From: a virus
Strand: one strand, 5' to 3'
Virus record (IMG/VR): IMGVR_UViG_3300016476_001169
Coordinates: 40,192-104,191 of that record
Length of the DNA stretch: 64,000 nt
The stretch's first letter is position 1. Each line of letters starts with the position of its first letter. A model generated the notes under the pieces. That model saw only the letters and a program-made list of their open reading frames with translations. It was not told the origin of the DNA and ran no database searches. Of the stretch, positions 59,008 to 64,000 are shown in pieces. The translations under genes and the position numbers were made by a program.

Positions 59008-59544
59008 CTACAAAGGGTTAGTATTCAAGTTCTGTGAATCAACATAAATTTTATGTACTTCATTTATTTGAGATTGTAATGTATCTAATTTATTTTTGTC
59101 TTCAAAATAATTTTTAATGTCTTGTTTTGTTAAATATCCATATTCACGAGGCATAAGCCTATTGGTGAAATAAGCCCAAAATAAATAAAAAATTAAAATT
59201 GTAGTAATTACAACAAATAATTTGACAAAAATATTATTCACCAAAAGCAAAGGCATGAATGGCGTAGAAACAAGAAAAGACAAAGCAAAAAATCCACACC
59301 ATCCGTCTGAGTTTAACGTGAGTTTCTTTTTTGTGCCATCTGAGTTATAATAATAATTTATTTTACTAAACTCATATATTTTATTATAATTTTGAATATT
59401 ATCAAGCAGGTCTGAATAAGAAATACCAAATTTATCAAATGCAATTATATTATATGCATCTAATTTCATGGCTGGTTTAATACCATCTAAGAGTCTAGTG
59501 TCTTCTACAGAAGACCATGATTTGCCAGTGCCACATGAAAACAT
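59008..59544 (-). CDS. AT-rich membrane protein (cassette)
   Basis: two TM segments; ATG after element. Confidence 0.65.
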   Translation of the reverse strand: MFSCGTGKSWSSVEDTRLLDGIKPAMKLDAYNIIAFDKFGISYSDLLDNIQNYNKIYEFSKINYYYNSDGTKKKLTLNSDGWCGFFALSFLVSTPFMPLLLVNNIFVKLFVVITTILIFYLFWAYFTNRLMPREYGYLTKQDIKNYFEDKNKLDTLQSQINEVHKIYVDSQNLNTNPL

Positions 59545-59622
59545 ACTACTATAGAATATAGTTACGATTTTTTAAGAAGAAATCAGGGAGGAGCCAAAAC
59601 CTACAAAGGGTTACTTTGTAGA

Positions 59623-59847
59623 TTACCATCCTTGCTCGGCTTGACGGGCGCAGATGTCACACTGATACCCGCGATGCTTATCAGCAGGGGTCAGCATATT
59701 CGGTCGCCCACAGTTTCCGCAAGGGAGGTTCCGAGGGTTGCGCTTGGATGCCGCACGAAGGGCAGAGCCACTGCGAGCAAAGCGAGTTCCATCCCCCGCG
59801 TCGAATGGGTCGTCGTCGAAGTCGTAATCGTCATCGTAATAAGCCAT
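59623..59847 (-). CDS. zinc-ribbon protein with acidic N-terminus
   Basis: LRAAS..NPRNLPCGNC...YQCDICA; GAGGAG SD. Confidence 0.75.
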   Translation of the reverse strand: MAYYDDDYDFDDDPFDAGDGTRFARSGSALRAASKRNPRNLPCGNCGRPNMLTPADKHRGYQCDICARQAEQGW

Positions 59848-59944
59848 GTCTCAATCTCCTCAAAGTTATACTATTATAGAACACAGTGATAAGTTTTAAG
59901 ATAAAAAGGGGGTGCGCCCAGAAAAAACAAAGGCTTAGATTTCT

Positions 59945-60283
59945 CTAAGCCACTGCTTCTGATTTTTGAGCCGCTTTCCAGTCGATTTGCTCAGTTTCAT
60001 CCCAAGTCATTGGGAGGTTGCATTCGACAAAGAAGGCAAACCCTTCGGCTTCAGCATCGTTGGAGTCGTAAAAGACAGCCGCTTCCTTGTACTGACCAAA
60101 GTCATGGTACTCATTTTTTACTCCAAAATAAGCACCATCGGGCTGATTGATAAAACGATTATCGAGAAACTCGACAAAACGCCGAACTTCCTTTGACATA
60201 GCGGAGAGGTAATCACCATTAGAGTTTACCTGCACACATTCTTCTTCAACAGGGGTTGGACCAAGGGTCAAATATTCTCGCAT
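59945..60283 (-). CDS. hypothetical phage protein
   Basis: LGPTP.EE.CVQV...HDFGQY motif; AGGAG SD. Confidence 0.75.
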   Translation of the reverse strand: MREYLTLGPTPVEEECVQVNSNGDYLSAMSKEVRRFVEFLDNRFINQPDGAYFGVKNEYHDFGQYKEAAVFYDSNDAEAEGFAFFVECNLPMTWDETEQIDWKAAQKSEAVA

Positions 60284-60379
60284 TATCTTATCTCCTAAAC
60301 TAGCGTTGGTTACTCTACTATAGAATAAGTTTCTATTTTTTAAGATAAAATGGGGCGGGCCCCCATAATTTACAAAGGA

Positions 60380-60526
60380 TTAAAAGTTATCTTCAATCAC
60401 TTCGTAAAATAAATCGGTAGCCATCTTATACCTCAAGCTTGGATTGGTCTTAGCCAAACCTGGCTCAATGTAATCAATCCAATCAAAGCACTGTTCGATA
60501 ACGGGTTTTTTATTTGTAAGTGTCAT
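60380..60526 (-). CDS. 48-aa peptide (cassette)
   Basis: MTLTNKKPVIEQCFDWIDY... fills space between elements. Confidence 0.6.
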   Translation of the reverse strand: MTLTNKKPVIEQCFDWIDYIEPGLAKTNPSLRYKMATDLFYEVIEDNF

Positions 60527-60558
60527 ACTATTATAGAGTCCTTTATCTTATTTTAAGA

Positions 60559-60747
60559 TTAAATTACATAATTCATAAACTTTGTAATGTCGTCATGGAG
60601 CATCTTTAACTCTTCATTAGATAAATCTAAATATTCAGCCAAATCATCGAATCGCTCTTTAGAAGAAAGAAGCACACAAAAGCCTTCTAGAATTACCAAT
60701 AAATCGTGTTCTGTTTTATTTGACAGAAAAGAAAGTGTTTCAGACAT
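60559..60747 (-). CDS. hypothetical protein
   Basis: second gene of cassette. Confidence 0.55.
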   Translation of the reverse strand: MSETLSFLSNKTEHDLLVILEGFCVLLSSKERFDDLAEYLDLSNEELKMLHDDITKFMNYVI

Positions 60748-60748
60748 T

Positions 60749-61096
60749 TTACCACCATCCATGTAATACGTTACCAGCATCAGCGTGAACCCTAAAGATA
60801 GTTTTCAAATCTTGAAACTCTTCAGGTCTGATTTGCCAAGTACAAGTAGCATCCTCGGTGTAAATAGAGAAATCAAACGCCTCAAGGGCATCTGCCATGG
60901 CAGAGATTGTCTCATTGTCAATCCACTCTTGATAAAGACTTACACCCGTTGCAAGTTCTACCAAGTCATTGTATACCTTCCCACGGAAGGAGTCATTGCC
61001 TACACCTGACAACATACCGCCACAAAGACTGAAGTCGCCATCAACACTTGCACGTTCTGTGCGATTTTGCTCATACCAAAAACAATCAAGTCCCAT
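60749..61096 (-). CDS. hypothetical phage protein (MGLD...GWW family)
   Basis: MGLD start, SFRGKVY; AGGAG SD. Confidence 0.75.
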   Translation of the reverse strand: MGLDCFWYEQNRTERASVDGDFSLCGGMLSGVGNDSFRGKVYNDLVELATGVSLYQEWIDNETISAMADALEAFDFSIYTEDATCTWQIRPEEFQDLKTIFRVHADAGNVLHGWW

Positions 61097-61188
61097 TTTC
61101 AAATCTCCTACTATTATAGAACATTATGGTATTTTTTAAGATAAAAAAGGGGGGATGGCCAGAATTTACAAAAGGTTAAAAGGTCGGC

Positions 61189-61449
61189 TTATTGATGCCG
61201 ACCTTCTTCCATCCACCACATGTGAGCGGCTTCCTCATTCCAATGAGAGTAGGCTTCAATGCCCAGCATCTCACGATTCTCGACCTCGCCCCACTCGTCG
61301 TAGGGGTCATCGTCATAATAATCGCAATCATCAGACTCTTGGTCTGCGTAGTCGAGAATGTTTTGCTCTACAAGAGCCTCAGCCGCCATCTCAAGGGCGA
61401 TTTCATCTTGAAGGGTCTCGTATTCGTAGGTGTCGTAAAAGTCTTCCAT
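61189..61449 (-). CDS. very acidic small protein
   Basis: D/E-dominated 86 aa; ATG after element. Confidence 0.7.
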   Translation of the reverse strand: MEDFYDTYEYETLQDEIALEMAAEALVEQNILDYADQESDDCDYYDDDPYDEWGEVENREMLGIEAYSHWNEEAAHMWWMEEGRHQ

Positions 61450-61545
61450 ACTATTATAGAAAACCATAACACTTTTTAAGATAAAACCGAGGGCGGCCCA
61501 AAATTTACAAAGCATTAAAAAAGAGGAGATTTCTCTCCTCTTCTG

Positions 61546-61866
61546 TTAGACAGTTGCCGTTCGGCGAGTCGGCGTAGCACTCTTACTAGCCTTTACAGCC
61601 TTGCGCTTGGGAGTTGATACTACAGGTGCAACTGCAGAGTTGTCAACAACCAGTTCACCATTGCGAATGTCGAGCAACTGATGAAGCAACTTACCCTTCG
61701 AGCGAGCAGACACGACAGATACAATGTCGGCAATCTCTGTGTCCGAAAGTTCAAACCGATAAGTGTTTCCACCAGACTTGAACGTCACATCCACAGTGGA
61801 TGCCTCGGAATCCACCACAATCTTCTCTGCCATCGTCGAATCGAAGTTCGTAAAAATCGCTGTCAT
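61546..61866 (-). CDS. KTSC-domain-like protein with basic tail
   Basis: ST..E.I......V.F.SG.TY......A.SKGK; AAGGA SD. Confidence 0.6.
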   Translation of the reverse strand: MTAIFTNFDSTMAEKIVVDSEASTVDVTFKSGGNTYRFELSDTEIADIVSVVSARSKGKLLHQLLDIRNGELVVDNSAVAPVVSTPKRKAVKASKSATPTRRTATV

Positions 61867-62058
61867 AATCTTTTCTTGTTTCCTTTTAGGTTTTTCTTTG
61901 ATACTACTATAGGAAAGAGATGAAGGTTTTTAAGATGGATTTTGGATTACAAATGGATCGTTTTGCCATAAAACAATTACAACAGCTGAAAAACGATTAC
62001 AAATGCAGCATTTTGCAATAAAACAATTAGGGGCCAGGGCCCCAAAATTTACAAAGGG

Positions 62059-62385
62059 TTATTCTGAATCAGATTCATAATTACCCTCTTCATCTTTATG
62101 GACAACTATTGGAGTGTATTTACCAACATAGGAGCCGATTACATTATAATCTATCCATTCCATCGCTTGTTCCACAGGGTCTTCATCCCATTCACAATCT
62201 TCCCTAAACTGGCTGGCGAAACAATCAACCAACAAGTCATAATCATAGCAAGCAACGGAAACACTTTCACCTTCACGCTCCAAATCATAAGTGCCTATAA
62301 GAGCAGAATCACAATCTGGTAAAACAAGTGCTTGATTTTTCGAAAGTAAATCTAATGTTTCATCAATAGAATAAAAATTAATCAT
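62059..62385 (-). CDS. acidic hypothetical phage protein
   Basis: D.ALIG...YDY...AMEWIDYNVIGSYVG..TP; ATGA overlap with uvsE. Confidence 0.75.
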   Translation of the reverse strand: MINFYSIDETLDLLSKNQALVLPDCDSALIGTYDLEREGESVSVACYDYDLLVDCFASQFREDCEWDEDPVEQAMEWIDYNVIGSYVGKYTPIVVHKDEEGNYESDSE

Positions 62386-63287
62386 ACTGTAACCTTTGCT
62401 CTTTCTAGAATGTCTAAAATAGCATAATCTTTGCTTTTTAGTTCAACATCCCAAACAACATCGTAGCCGTAAGAATCAGGAATACCTTGTGCCATGTCGG
62501 CATGATTACGAGTATCGCCCTTGCCTTCGGAATAATGGAATACTGGTGTTGTATTCCAAGTAGAATACGCTAGTTCGAATGCGTTTTTGTCAGATAAATC
62601 ACCATGTAGAAACTTATGGTGCAATGTATCAAAGGTAATAGGAATGTTATGTGGCTCATAATAATACTTTACGAGATTCTTAACGCTCCAAACGCCCTTG
62701 ATATTATCATTAACCTCAATAACCAATCTATTCTTAACAGAATCAGAAAGTTTATCAAAGGTAGACATAAAAGCATTCGAAATAACATCTGGTTCACCAT
62801 CTTTGCGACAGTGAATGTTTAACGGTGCAGAATAATCTTGCGGAAGACCAAACCAGTCAAAAATCTTAGCATGGGTTTCCAAATCGAGAATCGAGTTTTG
62901 GATTGCCCTTTGGTCATTAGTTGTGAGAGTAATGTATTCACTAGGATGTGCAGAAACTTTAAGGTCATTATTTGCAATAAACTTTTTTATCTTATCTATT
63001 TCGTATTTAATAAAACCGTACTCTGGCAAATCTTCGACTTGCATCAATACCTCTGGATGATTCAACACAGGCATTAAATCGCTGGAAACTCTATAACCCT
63101 TGATACCAGAATCAACACAATGTTGCATTACTTTATGTGTAACATTGAAGTTGTTTCGGATAATCCCCGACAACTTGAGCAGGGCATCTTCACGCTTCAT
63201 AGAAGAGAAGGACTTATATGTCATGGTGCGGAACTTGACACCCTGCTCACCGAGAATGTTGGAAATACAACAAAGGGAAAGTTTCAT
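62382..63287 (-). CDS. uvsE: UV-damage endonuclease (UvsE/UvdE)
   Basis: LCCI, YRVSSDL, SAHP, NIH, RLVIE, PITFDTLHH, FHYSE, HAD, DVELKSKDYA. Confidence 0.92.
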   Translation of the reverse strand: MKLSLCCISNILGEQGVKFRTMTYKSFSSMKREDALLKLSGIIRNNFNVTHKVMQHCVDSGIKGYRVSSDLMPVLNHPEVLMQVEDLPEYGFIKYEIDKIKKFIANNDLKVSAHPSEYITLTTNDQRAIQNSILDLETHAKIFDWFGLPQDYSAPLNIHCRKDGEPDVISNAFMSTFDKLSDSVKNRLVIEVNDNIKGVWSVKNLVKYYYEPHNIPITFDTLHHKFLHGDLSDKNAFELAYSTWNTTPVFHYSEGKGDTRNHADMAQGIPDSYGYDVVWDVELKSKDYAILDILERAKVTV

Positions 63288-63344
63288 ACTATTATAGTTT
63301 CTTTCATTATGTTTTTAAGATAAAAATGGGGCTGCCCCCAAAAT

Positions 63345-63572
63345 TTACAAAGGGTTATTTTCTTCGATAATCCAGTTTTCTGCTAGAACATCTTCAATTT
63401 TAAATGAATACCAAGCCCAGCCTATTTCAGCACCACATGACCTGCGCCAATGAAATTCCAATTTATTATCGTCGATTTTTACAGATATAACTGCTTTACG
63501 ACCATGGTATTCCTTTGTCCTTGAAGCAATTTTACCTTCACGAAGGGCTGGCATAACTTCTTCTAATAACAT
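63345..63572 (-). CDS. DUF2829/Tad2-like protein
   Basis: EEVMPALREGK...R...EDVLAENWII. Confidence 0.6.
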   Translation of the reverse strand: MLLEEVMPALREGKIASRTKEYHGRKAVISVKIDDNKLEFHWRRSCGAEIGWAWYSFKIEDVLAENWIIEENNPL

Positions 63573-63576
63573 AATC

Positions 63577-63834
63577 CTAGTTCTCCAAGTCGATGTAAAT
63601 GGCAAAGTCAAGGTTCTTCACTTTATTAAGAACCAACTCAATCTGTCGTGCGATTTGATTATCATCGCTAAAACAATCTTCTAGCATAAAAGTCATAAAG
63701 TCAGTCGATATCATCGTGCGATTTGCATCACCCCAAGTCACAGGAGGGTCGGAGTCCAAAAGCAACTGCCAAGCGTCTGGGCATCCTATGAAAAGGTCAG
63801 AAGCCTCGATAAATGAACAAGTTTTGATTTCCAT
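63577..63834 (-). CDS. acidic hypothetical protein, paralogue of 48714
   Basis: ASDLF...TWGDA...YIDLEN. Confidence 0.7.
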   Translation of the reverse strand: MEIKTCSFIEASDLFIGCPDAWQLLLDSDPPVTWGDANRTMISTDFMTFMLEDCFSDDNQIARQIELVLNKVKNLDFAIYIDLEN

Positions 63835-64000
63835 ACTATTATAGACTCCTGACCCCTTTTTTAAGATGATTACAGTTCGATTCCGAATTCCTTCATTACA
63901 GGAAGAACCTCTTTTGCTGGCTTATTGTAAAAGCCTTCTGCGATAAGGTGATTATTAATCTTCTCTCGCAATTCAATGGTTTCTTGTTGGGCGGCTTTTA

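Larger units (their letters stand above)
52784..63870 (-). promoter_or_regulatory. ~22 copies of the same element on the minus strand
   Basis: CATACTAnTATAG-N14-TTTTAAGATAAAA...CCAAA...TACAAAG before ATGs at 52786, 53183, 53619, 53997, 54405, 54776, 55281, 55688, 55921, 56689, 58118, 58563, 58949, 59544, 60526, 61449, 63287, 63834. Confidence 0.9.

Noticed and set aside
44636-61515. ORF-track N-terminal extensions ending ...FILK...GFYNSM (44636, 47368, 47663, 48030, 51371, 53204, 53640, 55380, 56806, 58623, 61515)
   Set aside because: These are translations of the regulatory element itself; starts were moved to the ATG after CTATAnTAGT.
45132-61923. Antisense ORFs ending ...HTIIE... (e.g. 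45132, 47392, 51401, 58297, 61192)
   Set aside because: Shadow frames of real cassettes; the shared ending is the reverse complement of the element.
44161-63870. CRISPR array interpretation of the recurring element
   Set aside because: Repeats are degenerate and multi-box, intervening sequences are 75-1400 bp intact genes, and there are no cas genes.
44161-63870. Classical integron with attC sites
   Set aside because: No RYYYAAC/GTTRRRY core ends, no element-long inverted repeat, no IntI in the window, and each unit has its own promoter-like boxes.
1-64000. Stop-codon reassignment as in some large phages
   Set aside because: Conserved genes are full length under code 11 and end with TAA, TAG or TGA.

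Overview
AT-rich segment of a large (probably jumbo) dsDNA bacteriophage genome, read with the standard bacterial code. 1-43.7 kb is core/late-type content: an SbcC/gp46-like ATPase fragment, two RusA-like resolvases, class Ia nrdA/nrdB, a nitrilase-family hydrolase, tail fibre and beta-helix proteins, a GH108 lysin, a signal peptidase I, a ~9 kb glycosyltransferase/methyltransferase/epimerase cluster, a HAD phosphatase and a zeta-like kinase. A repeat-rich non-coding junction at 43.4-44.15 kb (five 12-bp-period repeats, three GGTACC-poly-C repeats) may be an origin or genome end. From 44.15 kb to the window end lies the main feature: about 50 small transcription cassettes (hand count, ~28 on +, ~22 on -), each headed by the same ~40-70 bp element, CTTTGTAG-nTTTGGG-(GC hairpin)-TTTTATCTTAAAA-N14/15-CTATAnTAGT-ATG. 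The element usually starts just after the previous stop codon and ends on the next start codon with no Shine-Dalgarno. The two arms converge at ~52.5 kb on a structured ncRNA candidate plus a degenerate tRNA-Arg-like element. Duplication scars, shuffled paralogues and a captured copy of a core gene suggest the cassettes are gained and rearranged by recombination at the element. All family calls are from motif recognition by eye; no database search was run.
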